Source: Paraspadella gotoi (Eukaryota; Animalia; Chaetognatha). Taken from it: a stretch of 64,000 bases of DNA. The DNA lies in NCBI GenBank assembly GCA_051294375.1, contig CM119269.1, positions 7,288,080 to 7,352,079 of the forward strand. The letters run 5' to 3'. The notes beneath the pieces are model-generated. The model ran no database searches. It saw nothing but the letters and a program-made list of their open reading frames with translations, and was not told the DNA's origin. Positions 12,966-26,704 of this stretch are shown one piece after another (the stretch's first letter is position 1; the number at the start of each line of letters is the position of its first letter). Position numbers and translations under genes: made by a program.

Positions 12966-13329
12966 GAGAGAGAGGCCCGGAGCAGTGGCAATGAACAAAT
13001 TTTTGTCGGTTCTTCTTCCCTCGAGGAATGTCGTAATATTACAAAAAGGTATTAAATTTTCTTTCTTTAAAACAAAAAAAATTTTGGAAAACAACCCATC
13101 TTTTCTGATCCTTTGTAAAACTACCATGTTTAATCTGTTACTTAACCAACAAATGATTTAGATTCACCTAATTAGAATAAGACATCGTAGAGCGCGCATA
13201 TTTTCAATTAGGAACCCTAACAGCCCGTTAGATCGGGTGAAGAAAAATTAGCCAGAACCCAATACGATAGGAAAAACTCGCCTCAAGTTTAAGGTCGAAA
13301 TTGATTTTAAAATTTTTATATTTTAGATT

Positions 13330-16300
13330 CTTAGTGCCATCCCGTATATTGGGGAAAGGCCTTGCCCCGAACAATGATCGATGAGGTTTCGAGTGTGCTC
13401 AAAAGATAACCCTCGGGATTCAGCAAAGCGCAATGATCTACTTATTGAATGTGCCCTTCGCTTAGATTTAAACTATTGGACAACCTATGACTTTTTTTTG
13501 GTCTGTGTGAAATTAGCCCGCACGGAATACGTGTTTGCGTGCCGCGCGTGCACGGAGGGAAAGACGATCCTTCTTGAATCGACCGATCTTCATTCCTCAC
13601 GTACGAAGAGGGCTTTTGTTTTTGTTTTGCGAGCGGCTGACGGAGGGCGGAGGGAGGTGGCGACCCTAGTGGGGATTTCACCACGGGCAGAGTAAGACGG
13701 AGTAGAGCCCTTAGGGTAGCAAGGCAAAATATCTATTCGCGCGGATTAAAACGATGATAATAAAACTTTTGAAAAATAAAAATTTACTTCATCTTCTTCT
13801 TCAACTTCTTTATGGATTCCACGGATGTTACACAGCTATCTCTTCTCTTCTTCTCTCTCTCCACACTCGTCTCGTCTCTCTCTCGCGCTCTCTCTGTCAT
13901 CTCTTCTCTCTCTCTCTCTCGTCCGGCCCTCCTCGAGGTCGCTGCTGAAAAATCTAATGAAGCGAAGAGCTGGCCGAACCCTGATTTTGAGTTACTATTG
14001 AAAGCAGACGCTTTTGTAAAAATTTTTAATAAACTTAACAGGAGCATGTTTTATATCAATGATTTTCTTAACTTGAACGGATAACTTGTAATTAACTTAT
14101 CGACTGTTAATACATGAAATTGTAAAAAAGCTTTTACGTGAGTTTGAAATCTCGTTAAAAAATTATTTTCGTTGTGATCAACATGGAATAATTTTCTGGA
14201 CAGAAAGAGAAAAAAATCATTATATTTTCTTTAATTAAAAAAATTCCATTTTTATTCGTTTAGATGTCATCCGGATTACTCGTAAATCGCAGATTTAAAA
14301 ATAATTAGTTTTAATCGATATAAGTCTAATTATAGCCCCCATGAAATTCGCATTGAATAAATAAAATTAACGTTGCCCAGACCAACACCCGAGACGTTAA
14401 ACCCAACTCGGGATGAGGTGAAGGTGGTGACATGGGGAGAAAGGGAAGTCCTTGATCGTGAAGAACGGTTAAGGCCGAGAAGTAGGAGGTGGGTGGTGAT
14501 TGAGAAATAGCTGTCTCGAAATCCGGAAGAGGCTAAAAGATCGCTAACCGAAATCGAACCCAAGATTGGTCAACATCGAAAACAAAAACATTAGATAAGT
14601 AATTACTCAGTCTCGTATACAAGGACCAAATTTTGTTAAATGCAATTGCGTTAAGAAAAGATGTTTCAATATAAAAAAATACCACACAAAAGTCAATATA
14701 TAACTTATGAATTCATTAAATATCTTCAACGAACTGAACTCGGTAAAAAACAAAATTGTATGGGATCCTCGATTACAACCTTTTGATCGTGACTAGATAC
14801 GACCTTCGCTCCCCGATTTCTTAACCTGACGAGTTTTTGCCTTCCAATTCTTCTCTTCTCTCTCTCTCTCTCTCTCCTCTGCTCTCTTCTCTCTTCGTCT
14901 CTCTCTCTCTCTCTCTCTCACTGCTCTCTCTCTCTCTCTTCGTGGGAAAAGTGATTATAACTTTATTATCGGACGAAGTTCGTGAGAGGTCAATTCCGAA
15001 CACTCGTTTTTCGATCCCGAGAAACAGACATCGGAATTTTTGGCTGTTTTTAAAACCATTTATTTTTTTATTCATCCAGCTTCCAATTTTCTAACTTTCT
15101 AAGTTAGATTCGTTCACCTTTCCCGTTTTTCGATTATCGAACAAGGCCAGTGAAATAAAGTAGACGACGCGTCTCTTCAAAGATTGAAAAAAAAAAAGGA
15201 AATAAATAGATAATGCAGATTTATGACTGTTTGTCAATCTAAAGATTAAAGTGAGAGAGAGAATCATGAAGATAGAAAATGAAGAAAAGAATAGATCGAA
15301 TTTATACATAGTACTGGTTATAAGCTAAGGGTTTTATCGTTAATATCATTTTTGTATAGACGTATTCTGCGATGGTCCGTTTTATAAATATAGTATTAAA
15401 AGATATTTTGATAAATAATACTCCCGGATTAAAATCATTTTAAAATGAACATATTGTTTTAAATAATGTGTATATTTTTTTGGGATCCAAATGAATGATG
15501 AAAATCGCAGACGAATGGCAAAAAAAGACAATTTCGAGCTGCCTTTTAATCTTATTAAGTTGTTCTTTGTTTCTCAGCCGAAAAGGAGTTCGTCGACTGC
15601 TCCAGCTGGAGCCCGGAGATCCAACAAGAAGTCAAAAAACGGAGTTGGCTGGGGAGGCGGAGATATCTCCGCCCTGGAAGAAACTTCAGTAAATCAAATA
15701 TATGGCTTCTTTAGTCATTTATATTTAAAAAAAATACTTAATGTAAGCAAAAATAAAATAAAAGCGAATATCGAAAAATGATCTTTAAAATATTTTTCAA
15801 AATATATCAAAGAACATTTAATAAAAACTCCGAAAAATTACTTTGTGATTGTCAAAAAACTTTGAATTATAATGAACATCTTTTCTGAGTAACGAGTACG
15901 TAATCTGTCTGCGTAATGCTTACTTTTAATTAATGTGCAATACTTTTAACAATCCCTAGGCTAAGCATGATCAACGACCGCGTTGATTGGAAGACAAAGA
16001 AGTTTGGACGCACGAACCAGAAATTTGATCGATTTCTCACGTCAGGGTTTCTATCCCCTTGGGCCGCAGGTAAAAAAGTTTAAGAAAATCCATTAACGCA
16101 CAATATTCCTGCGTAAACAGCTTTGAAGAACATTTACAAATAAGGTAATTGTAATTTAAATACTATTTTCACCTTGAGAGCGTTCTATCTTAGTAGCCTT
16201 ATATAGGGTTTACCAACGCTCCAAATATATCTACATACAGGGAAAGTTTTTCAAGACCGGAATTTTGATACCCTCCTCTCGTGTAAGTTTTCTTTCCTTT

Positions 16301-19300
16301 ATTAAACATAAAGAAACAATACTCAAAAATTTTCAACATAAAATGATTTTTCATCTTCTAATTCTTACGGATCGCGATTCGGAAAGCGCTAATCTTGGAA
16401 AAACAAAGAGAGAAAGGTTATTTCAGTGAATTGAAAGAACAACTTAACGATTATCGATTTCTTTATTTTTATTAAAATTTTATTCTCATCTTATCATACA
16501 CACTATCACCACTTTAAAGTCTGTCATTTGTTGATGAAGGTGATTTCTATAAATCACAGGGCGGCCTCATGGGAAGCAAAAGGGCAGAGGGCAACAAGAA
16601 GAGGTCGCAACAAACAAAAGGCACTAAGAAAAAAAAATCTTCACAATTTAATTAAGATAAACAAATGAAAAAAAAAAGTTACAATACAACTATTCTATAC
16701 TGGAAAAAAGGTTCGTTTTAAGATCACTTTCTCATGCCCACGATACAGATACTGAATCTTCTACTGCACAGTCGTACATTCTAAATTGATAAGACAGACA
16801 GAATCAGCAAAAGACAAAATACAAAAGAATATAAAATATATATATTAATCGTTTTGAATCGGCAGGCCGTGTCCAGAGGCAACAAATCGACCTGAAGTCG
16901 GTTGAGGAGTGGTTCTTCAAGCTGCACCACGATCTCATGACGGCAGGCCGGAGTCCGACGAGGCAGCGCGTGGAAGCGACCCGCCTTGGCACAGTCGGCC
17001 GACAAGCCACTAAGGTTTACTTCTAATGCAATTAGAATACAACCTTAATTTGAACGTGGGAATATTTGTTTTTTTTTCTTCACCAGAATCACCGTGCATA
17101 TGGCAGTTGGAAGAAGTGTCGTGCGATACCACCATGCATCCTTAATGGACTTAAGCTCTGGTAATAGAAAAACGAATCCTTTTCATTCAAAAAATTAGTT
17201 CTTCCAATGCGATTCCACTCACCTTTTTTTTTTTTTTATAAAAGAACTTCCGAATGTTTCTCACAAGGATGCCGCCTTTCGAAGACCCGAAATGCTATTT
17301 CCACATGAGGTTCATTAACGTTGTTAAGGTTTTAAGGATCTTTTCATGGCTTTTGTTTTTTACAAATTTTCCTCGTTCACTTGCACGGCGCAGCGGCAAG
17401 CCTTCGGTAGCGCCGACCGGAGCTCCGGAAACGACTTCCTGCCGCGTCCGGACGCAGCCTCACTACTTTCGCGCCTATCGGCTCACCTAGAAGGATTCGG
17501 GTCCAGGAGGTTGCCAGCGAAGGCACCCCCGCTTCGGAAGATGGGGATCAGGTAACGACGTTCGTACAGAATTCGTTATGATAACAAAACTATCTTAACA
17601 GCTTTAGCTGCAGAAAATAATTTTTTTTTTTAATTACAACAAGAAACAGAAGAACAAGAACCAGCGATGTCGTCACAACGAAGTCAACAACCAAAACGAA
17701 ATCTCATCCGTCGATGTCGATGACGTCACAAATCTTTGCGGTGATTTGATTGGTATGATTTAGAAAACAAACGAACAAAAGAATGGAGCAAGGAAAAATC
17801 GTGACAAAATATAATAAAAAAAAACTACCGTAACTTCCGACCTTATCTGTTCCAGCCTAATGTCGTCCGGCTCTTTACCGAATCCACGCCGGAGAAATAA
17901 CCTACACGGGAATGCCAAAGGAGCCTCCTCTCGATCGTTTACTATCTCTCAAAGGTCCATCTCCATCTCGTCGGCCGCAAAGAAAACATAGCATCAGCGC
18001 GAGAATTTTATTTAAGCTTACACTTTGCAATCCCTCGCTATGTAATGTCCTTTTAAAGAGCTGGTTTATGGCACAGGGAACGTGTGTGTGGATTACCGAG
18101 CCTGTTGACTGCATGACCAACCACCCACTGGCGTGTTAATGCCGACACCATACACTCACCAACGAGACCGCGTGGGGATTGAAACCGTTAACCACTTTGT
18201 TAAACCAGTACTCGCTGTCCCATCAAGGGGACGGACCCTTATTTATTATCAATCTAAATGGTAGGCAGAATTTATGATTCGCCACAACTCTAATATTTTA
18301 ACTTTAAAGCTTCTCTTTACTAAAAGTTCTTCGTCAATATCTTCGCCGTCCCTTCCCGATTGCTTTACCACGACAAACCAGCCCGAGGCGCGAGTCTCGT
18401 GTTCGTCATCCACGCATTCACCTCCTCTTCCTCCTACTAGCACCCAGGCTCAAGGCTCACCCAGTTTTTCACTTCTTCCCTTCTTTTCCTTCTCTCTCTA
18501 CTTCTCCTTCTCCGCCTTACGATTTTCGCCTCCGTTTTTGTACAACCTTTTTTTTCTGCTTTTAGTAGTAACATACTCGTTTTCCCACAATTTTTTGCCT
18601 TCTTCTTCTGTTGCCTTATCGTTAGTTAAGACCCAGATTACCCGCATCCAGATAGCTTACTCATTACTACGGACACAAATAACTCGCCTCCCCATTTTCT
18701 TCATCACTAAATCGCAAGTCCCAGGCTCCGTCCTTCACTCAACCCAGAAGAGTCGACGGAAGCGTTGGAGGATCTCAATCTTCCAAAATGACGGGCACGA
18801 TTAATTATGCCTCTCCCGGCCTCCGCGTCGTCCTATGCGACCGGGCTGCAGGTAAAGGTCGCGTACGAAAAAATTATCTAAATAAAAAAAAAAAAAAAAA
18901 CACACAAAAAAAAAAGTAATTTGACTTAATTTTAATATTCCATTCAAAAATATTTGTATAATAATAAAACAATCGCTGGTTTTAAAGAATAAATTATCTG
19001 ACAGCAACCGATTAAAAGCTTCTTAATGAGTCGCGGCGTAGGACGTGAATGAAAAACTTTAAACTGCTCTTCTCATTCCTCGAATTCATTTGAAAGCGTC
19101 GCCTTCCTTTCCGAAGAAGAACGTTGCGCGACGCCAAACAGGTGGCGACGGGCCGCATTTCATTCACCGCGAAGACCAATGACCTCGCAGCTTCAGCGCA
19201 GCTACGTCAGGGAGATGAGTCCAAATGCGCGCACGAAAATACGAGAGCAGCTGAAGGCGCTCAAGTCAGAAAAGCGCAGCAAAGGCATTTGTATTGTCGA

Positions 19301-19800
19301 GAACGCTGGGTTTCAGGTAAAGGGGACAATCAGAAGAGTGCCTCTTGTGTGGTTGTTATTGATTATTGTTCAGATCTGTATCATTTGTGCAACGAAAAAA
19401 AAGCAATGTCTAATGTCTATGTTAGGTAAGATTTATACGAAATATTCCACGACGACAGACCAAATTTGTCGAAAATCCACGCAGTTTTAGCGAATGTCCC
19501 CGACAACGCATTTTTCTGCATAAATCAGTCCCGACCGGATTGAGGTAATAAGGTTATGGTTCCTTCATTTTGGGTCGATTTTGCCGTATTTTAATTCTCG
19601 CTTCCCCGCAGGAGGGCGGGGCCGACGGAAGCGGTTCAGCCGAACCTCGTCGCCGGCGGCAGCGCTCGCCCACAACTACCGTCGGCAGCGAACGGAATAC
19701 ACCCCGCACCATGATGAGTTAGCGACACATTTGCCACCAGGCCCTGAGTGGCTTTGCCCGCTTGCAAGGCGCGTTCAATGCAGAGCCCACAAGTCAGGCC
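13330..19800 (+). pseudogene. Multi-exon, frameshifted HMGXB3-like / KDZ-superfamily transposase-like gene (tentative)
   Basis: GC-rich blocks, several with ag/gt borders (e.g. ~15578-15689, ~15960-16069, ~16866-17014, ~17087-17160, ending ~19316), lie in AT-rich DNA. Translations include 'YDFF..EYVFACRAC..TDLH..KRAF', 'EFVDCSSW..EIQQE', 'GSW..IPPCILNGLK', 'PNVV' and 'AFH..LQRSYVREM..TKIREQL'. These are colinear with recalled HMGXB3/KDZ motifs. Confidence 0.4.
18055..18238 (-). mobile_element. Putative tRNA-derived SINE
   Basis: Minus strand begins GGGTCCGTCCCCTTGATGGGACAGCG (weak A-box-like), then GGTTTCAATCCC (B-box-like) ~50 nt in. It ends in ...GTGCCATAAACCAGCTCTTTAAAA. Confidence 0.3.
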
Positions 19801-20981
19801 GGTTATGGAGTAGGGAAGGGGGCAAAGCTGTGAGGAAAAGAAACAAGAAGAAACTAACAAAGAAAAGAGAAGAAAAAAAGAAAGAAGAAAAAAAATAAAT
19901 GACAAGGGAGAAATAAAGAAGTACAAGAAGGAAAGAATGTTTCTTGATATTCTGAGAGTCCGCGCATTCTGATTGGCTTGAAAAAATGAAAGAAGAAGAA
20001 AGAAAGAAAGAAACAGAAAGCAAGAGGAAAGAAAGAAAAGAAAGAAAGGCAAAGGCAAGGCAGGCAAGGCAAGCTAAGGAAGCAAGGCAAGGCAAGGCAA
20101 AGGCAAGCAAGGTCAAAGGCTAGGCATTGCAAGAAACTATTTAATTTAATTTGATTTGATGTGAGTATCTTAAAATTTTCCCTGGTCTCAAAAGATCTTC
20201 ATGCAGCCTTGAGACGCCGTCGTGGAAGAAGTATCCGTCAGTGAAAACGCTGCCCCATTTGGGGAGAGAATCTCCAAAGAGTTTTCTTACTCGGTCTCAC
20301 TCTTTCATGGAAGCGGCCTCCACGAAAGGGGGAACTCGTCGCCAAAAAGTCACTTCGGTGAAAAGAAGAGAGAGAGAGAAGAGAGAGAGAGAAGAGAGAG
20401 GAGAGAGAGAGACGAGAGAGAAGAGAGTAATTGGAATGAGTTAAAAAANNNNNNNNNNNNNNNNNNNNNNNNNATTCCCTTTTTAAATTTAAGTTTTCAC
20501 AAAAGAGACAAACACAATTCACATCCGTTCGATCCGAATTTTCAAATTGATTCGTTTTGAATCCTGAGTTAACGAACTTTATTGATTAATTCATACTTGA
20601 ATACCTTTGAAATTAAGTTTCCACACAAACTTTCTATTTGCTAAAAATTTATGTAGTTAACTCGGTGGAAAGAGAAAAAAAAACCAGTACAGAAGTCGAC
20701 AACATAAAAGNNNNNNNNNNNNNNNNNNNNNNNNNNNNNNNNNNNNNNNNNNNNNNNNNNNNNNNNNNNNNNNNNNNNNNNNNNNNNNNNNNNNNNNNNN
20801 NNNNNNNNNNNNNNNNNNNNNNNNNNNNNNNNNNNNNNNNNNNNNNNNNNNNNNNNNNNNNNNNNNNNNNNNNNNNNNNNNNNNNNNNNNNNNNNNNNNN
20901 NNNNNNNNNNNNNNNNNNNNNNNNNNNNNNNNNNNNNNNNNNNNNNNNNNNNNNNNNNNNNNNNNNNNNNNNNNNNNNNNN

Positions 20982-21172
20982 CGCCGTAAAAATGGCCCCG
21001 AGCGGCCGAGTGGACTCATTCTGGCCCTCGCCGCCCACTTTTTATCTCTCTCTTTCTCTCTCTCTCCACATAACAAAAAACCAGAATCGTGGAGAGAAAA
21101 CGAGCGAAAACGAAAACAGATATCGCCGTCGGAGGAGAGAGAGAGAGAGAGAGAGAGAGGAGAGGAGAGAGA

Positions 21173-21225
<53 letters not shown>

Positions 21226-21367
21226 CAAACAGATTCGCCCTCGGAAAGAGAGAAACAAGAGAGAGACCAGACGAGAGACGAGAAAAAGAGAGAATAAAAA
21301 AGTGGCGGCGACCAAGGCGCCAGAATGAGTCTCCACCTGCCGTCATCGCGAGGCCATTTTTACGGCG
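20982..21367. repeat. Local inverted repeat (~70-85 bp arms) next to a gap
   Basis: 20982-21050 (CGCCGTAAAAATGGCC...GCCCACTTTTTAT) is the reverse complement of 21293-21367 and also of 32760-32832. Confidence 0.85.
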
Positions 21368-23092
21368 GTCCGTGCCTCGACCTCATTTGCATACTCGGAG
21401 TTTGCTTGATTCGGCGTTTCCCCCGACGTTGCGGGTTTCGCTCGTCGGAGAAATCCAGAAATCGCCCGACGGAATGATCCGGTGGCCGGTGGGGGGGGCG
21501 CACAGACGCATCAGTTCACATCCGACCACTGGAAAAATTCCTACCACCTCCGTTACCCTCCTACCTAATGCCTTGGATCTAGCCGCCATCAGCACCCACT
21601 CCACCTGTTTCAAATTACTTTGATTAAATAAAATTGTCGTAATGGCCGAGAGTTAGGATTCTTAATTTGAAGTCTACTTGACTTTTTAATTCTTATTTTA
21701 AAGAAAAAATGTCAAAATTTTTTCTCTGATCACAATCCTTTTCATCCTGGTACAATATTTTAAGCCAATGAAAAAATGTTTTTATATAAAAATGCCTTTG
21801 TATAAAAAGTTATCAGTTATTATCTATTACTACTGCAGCGATATGTAAATAGGATAATTAATTAGTACTTTGAGATGGGCTCGTTTTCAATTTTGTTAAA
21901 AATCTATAATAAAAATGGGAAATCCAAAACTAACTTTTTAATGAGAAGCTATAATCTTAATTATAATACAAATAAAACTGAAAATCTCTTTTACAAGCTG
22001 CGAATTGGAAAAATTGGACAAAATTTCCAATTGTAACAATTGTAACATATTTTGTTGCCTTCTTTTAATTCTTTTAAATTATATATAATATATATGTTGT
22101 TTCTTATTCTGCAAACGAGTTCTGCTCTGTAGTGACGTGTACAGCGGGCCTCCCAGCACTGTCCTAGCTTTGTCTCTCCTGGTTTCTCTCTCCATCTGGT
22201 CTTTCTGTCTCTCTCTCTCTGTACGATCGTTGTTTTTGAAAAATTCATTATTATTCTTTCCTTCTAAAATACTTTTAATTATCGCCATTTTTTTTCTCAA
22301 TACAAAACCCAACTTTACATCCGAGATTTTTGGAAATTCATTTGTAGAAAAGGGAAAAATAACTTATAATTGCAAGGATAATGTCACATGTACATCAACT
22401 TGTGTGAACAGGTAGAGCGATACCTGCTATAGTAATCACGGCATGCGCGGATTAATATAAATAATATATAATCATAAAAAATATAACAATCTAAACTTCA
22501 TTCAAGATTACAATTTAAGATGAGGAAATAAAATTTTATTTTAAAATAAGTAAAAAAAATATTTGGGCAAAGTCAAAAATATCATAGTCGTTTAACTGAT
22601 TATTGTCAACTATATATTTTTGTTAATAGAGATTATACATTTTTTGATCGTTATTATTGAAAATAGTTTAGCTTTATACCGAACGAGTTTTCTTTTCATA
22701 CAATCAATATCAATTCTCATTACCATTTTCAATAATATGCAAAAAAAATTACGGTTCTTCAAACTCATTTTGAACTAGATGAAGCAAAAGACTTCAGTCC
22801 TTATTTCAATTGCAAAAAAAATAGAAAGTTAATTGATGCTTAATCACACTCTAATCAAAAAATTTTTATTTTTATCAGCGCCAACTTTTTTTCTCTAAGA
22901 CGACAAATCCCAAATTTAATTTCCGACGATTTTCGTGAATTTTTTTTTTCCTTCTATAAAAACTTTTATTATTCATTTTTTATTCTCTCTATATTTCTCT
23001 CTCAATCAACTCCTCTCTCTCGTCTCTCGTCTCTCCTCTTCTTTCTTTTCTCCTCTCTCTCTAACATTAACTCATCACGTCAATGAATGACA

Positions 23093-23286
23093 GCATCGCA
23101 TCAAAATGAATGACTATCCATCGCATCAATGATGACTATCAATCGTATCAATCGAATGAGTTATCAGTCCGATTCAATGAAGCGAACTATCATCGCATCC
23201 ATCATTTGTTACATCGCATCAAAATCCTTCGGTTATCATCGCATCAATATTTGTTATCATGCGCATCAATATTCGTGTTAATCATC
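23093..23286. repeat. Degenerate minisatellite with TATCATCGCATCAA core (also at 34553-34746)
   Basis: About 8 imperfect CATCGCATC units at roughly 20-25 bp spacing. Confidence 0.75.
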
Positions 23287-24543
23287 AAAAGTAGGCTTCG
23301 AATCCCTATTGAATTTTAACGATTTTCTTTTTCAAGGCGCTGCAGCTTTTCTGAATGCGTTAAGAAACGAGTTTAGGCTCTCTCTCTCTCTCACGTCTCT
23401 TCTGTCTCTCTCTTTGTGTGTCTGTCTCTCTTGTAACGTATCGTTCGTTTTTTGAAGAATTATGATTATTTTTTCCTCGTTTCCGATCAGATTTTTTGGC
23501 ACTATTCGCGGCTAATGTCCCCGTTACCGGTCTTTTCATTGTTATTGGCTCATTATTGCCCCAAACGGCAAACAGGTTATCAATCAACATTTCATCATGT
23601 GGTATCATCCATACCAATTGTTTTTCGTATTTTCAAGCCTACTTAAATTAACCACGAAGTGTTAATTAATATCGTCAAGATTATTTTGGAAATTCAGTAG
23701 TTCTACGATAATAATCGGGCAATTTTAAAGATAAATACTCATGCCCAAGACATATATTGTACGCGAATACTTTTATCTGGGGGGAGTGCAGCAAGTATCC
23801 CTAGCACGCAATTAATTATTTATTAATCCTCTTAATTTTTTCGATGGATTCTGAATAGAAGCATAAAAGTGAAACAAGGCAAACGACCGACGATAAATGG
23901 CGAAGACAAGGACCATTACACCTATAAAACAATTAATGATTCGACTATATAGATAAGATTAATTGATAAATAAATGTATTGATGAATATATTAATTAATA
24001 GATAAATGTAATTGATTGACTTGATTGAATTGATTGATTAATTGACTGATTATTTAATTATTGCTTAATAATTTAACTAATTGATTAATTAACATGATTC
24101 ATTATTAATTAATACATCTTGGCATTTACCATTATAATATAAAAGGAACAAGTTTGAAGCAAACCAGTGTCGGATCTGCCTACAATAATTTAGCGGCTTA
24201 AAGCAGCTAACCAGAATAGATCATAAGTCATCGTAACGTCTTTTAAAATTGTGATCATCACATATGTACACAAGATAATAACATAGAATCTGGCAGATAG
24301 AAGGACAGGAAAGTTGCCCAACAAGACAGGTTGTTCATTTCCTTTATCCCTCTACCTTCTCTCTTCTCTCCGACCTCTCTCTCTCTCTTTTTCTTCATGT
24401 CTCGCTTTCTCTCTGTCTCTCTTTTGCTCTCTCATCTCGACGCCATCATTACTACTGTGTCCATCGCAATTTAGGTCCATGTTTTCCGGGTCTCACCACT
24501 CTTCTGTGTGGCAACATTCTCCTTCTCTGCCGCCTCTCTCGCT

Positions 24544-24582
<39 letters not shown>

Positions 24583-24600
24583 CTCTCTCGTCCTTCCTCT

Positions 24601-24655
24601 CAATGTTATGCAAGGCTTCGTACTGGCACGAGCCCGAAACATGTCCGTTAATGAA
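24601..24655 (+). ncRNA. Degenerate minimal hammerhead ribozyme remnant (identical copy at 36061-36115)
   Basis: AATG-ttatgca-AGGCTTCGT..ACGAGCC-CGAAACATGTC-CGTT. Stem II, the GAAA, the ACATGT palindrome and stem I are present, but CUGAUGA is corrupted. Confidence 0.4.
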
Positions 24656-26002
24656 AACTTTGTTGTTAAAAGATTTCGTCTTTATCTTATACTCTTCTGA
24701 CTAATAACAAAAAATTTTCGTAGTTCATTTTCATTTTAATAAATTTCTTGTGATTTGCAGGAGTTCTGGCAGACGCTTTATGATCTCGCTTCAACAACTT
24801 CAAAACGGAGGATACCGGAGGAACCCATCATAAACAAGACCAAATATCAACTTAATAAACATAGTCAGATTTCCGCGTCCGGCGATAGAAACCGCGACAT
24901 AACAACGAGGAACTGCGCGAAGTGGATTGGATTTTCCTTGCCAATCCGATAGTACTTTTCTCTTATATAATTCTACTGAAGATTCTCTTTGAGATGCCCG
25001 AGTCACGGGAAAAAATCATTTCCTCTGAAGTAAAACAGGAAATCGAGAAATGGAATTAATACTGAGGACTCTCAAACCTAATCCTAGTTCGTTAAATATA
25101 CATAAATATAATCTGGTCTGATTAAACAGTCCTGAACGAGCCCACTCAAAGACAAGAGTCCAAATCGCTTAAGATTTAGAAAAACAAATTTTTTAAAGCA
25201 ATCTTTTTTATAATATTGCTTGGTTTTAAATTAATTTGATGTGAATCTAAACATTCATTAGCTTATTTGTAAAGAGAAATGGATATANNNNNNNNNNNNN
25301 NNNNNNNNNNNNTTTTTTTTTTTTGGACGCCGTGATTTTTAGGTGTGACGATTTTTCGGTGTGGAATGCTCGAAGAGTGTTCATTTTAGGTGTGGCCAAT
25401 TTTCGGTTTTGCTATTTCAAGTCGTAGTAGTTTACTCGATTCATAGTATTGAGTTGAATCACCAGCTTTGCGACGTAATAATTTCACGGCGCGACCTCGA
25501 AATTATAATATATATATATATATATATATAATATATAACTTTACTTTGCAAAACTTCGAAATTGACATATTTCCTTACTAAGAAATTCGCAACAACTGGC
25601 AAGTGGCCAATGTTTTTCCTGATGCGGCGATCATTTCTTTTTTGTTTCCTGGTCCCAATTGTTTTCTGGTGTTTTGGTCGAAAATTTTTATGTTGTTTCT
25701 GTTTTGTCTCAAATTATCGCCAAAGTTTTCTGCCAGTTTGCAATTTATACTCGTTGTTTTTCTGACGAATTCGATTCGTTGTGTCTGTGTTTTATTTCGC
25801 TGTCGTTTGTTCCCATCAAAGTATTTGTTGTTCGAGTCGAAATTGTCGATGTTTTTAGCATCTTGGGAGAATTACAATAAAACAATAAACATTAAACAAT
25901 GTAACTAACTGGACTTACAAACGTTGTTGCCTCTTTGACCTTTTTCCGCAAAATTGAGAAAAGAAAATCGTTTCAACTCTCTTCAATATCCTCAAATAAT
26001 TG

Positions 26003-26053
<51 letters not shown>

Positions 26054-26704
26054 TTCCCACGTAGTAGTCGTCTTTCCCATTTATGTTTTCTTGAATAACT
26101 TTGTTCATTAAAGTCATCGTTCCTTTGGCAGTTGTCGTCGTCGTCGTCGTCATAATCGTCGTTCTTTTCCTCGTGATGAATTCCAATTGCAAAAAAAAAA
26201 AAATAATTAATTAATTCAAAAGAAATTATCTGCCAACTCAAACAAAGTGAACAGCTGCGCCGGTACGCGTCCCTCGTATGAATCGGCTGCGGGAAAGCTT
26301 TACCGGGTGACGCCGACGAAATGAATTCCTATTTTTAACCGAGGGGTCGATTACCCTGTATTCAGAAATCGGTTGGGGATATTAAAAGCGTTTTTACAGA
26401 TCTTTCTAAAACTTTGGAGAAGCGAACAGGAGCGATGTAAAACCTTTCATTCCAATAGTGAGTTTTTTTAAATTAATTTAAATCAATCTTAATAAGAACA
26501 AACGCTTTTCCGATTGCTGTAGCGCGCTTTTGTAAATTTGGCTCCGCCTGTAACGCCCCGTATCTAATCAAGCGTTTACAGCGTGAGTGAACTCCACTGA
26601 TTCGTATCGGTGTCTCATGGTCTTCCTTTTCGTGATTGCAGAAGGTCACGTTGCAACATTTTTTTAAAAAAATCATGAGAATTTCTGAGTCTCTTCACGC
26701 GCTC

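Larger units (their letters stand above)
21067..25287 (+). repeat. Direct duplication, copy 1
   Basis: Appears identical to 32534-36747 from 21472 onward (offset 11460, with identical ORF translations). The first ~400 bp differ by indels. Both copies end in GGATATA plus 25 N. Confidence 0.97.

Noticed and set aside
23093-23286. Spaced short repeats resembling a CRISPR array
   Set aside because: The units are short and degenerate with related spacers, the context is eukaryotic and there are no cas genes. It is a minisatellite.
23292-23308. TAGGCTTCGAATCCCTA, T-arm-like
   Set aside because: No upstream D-arm or anticodon arm.
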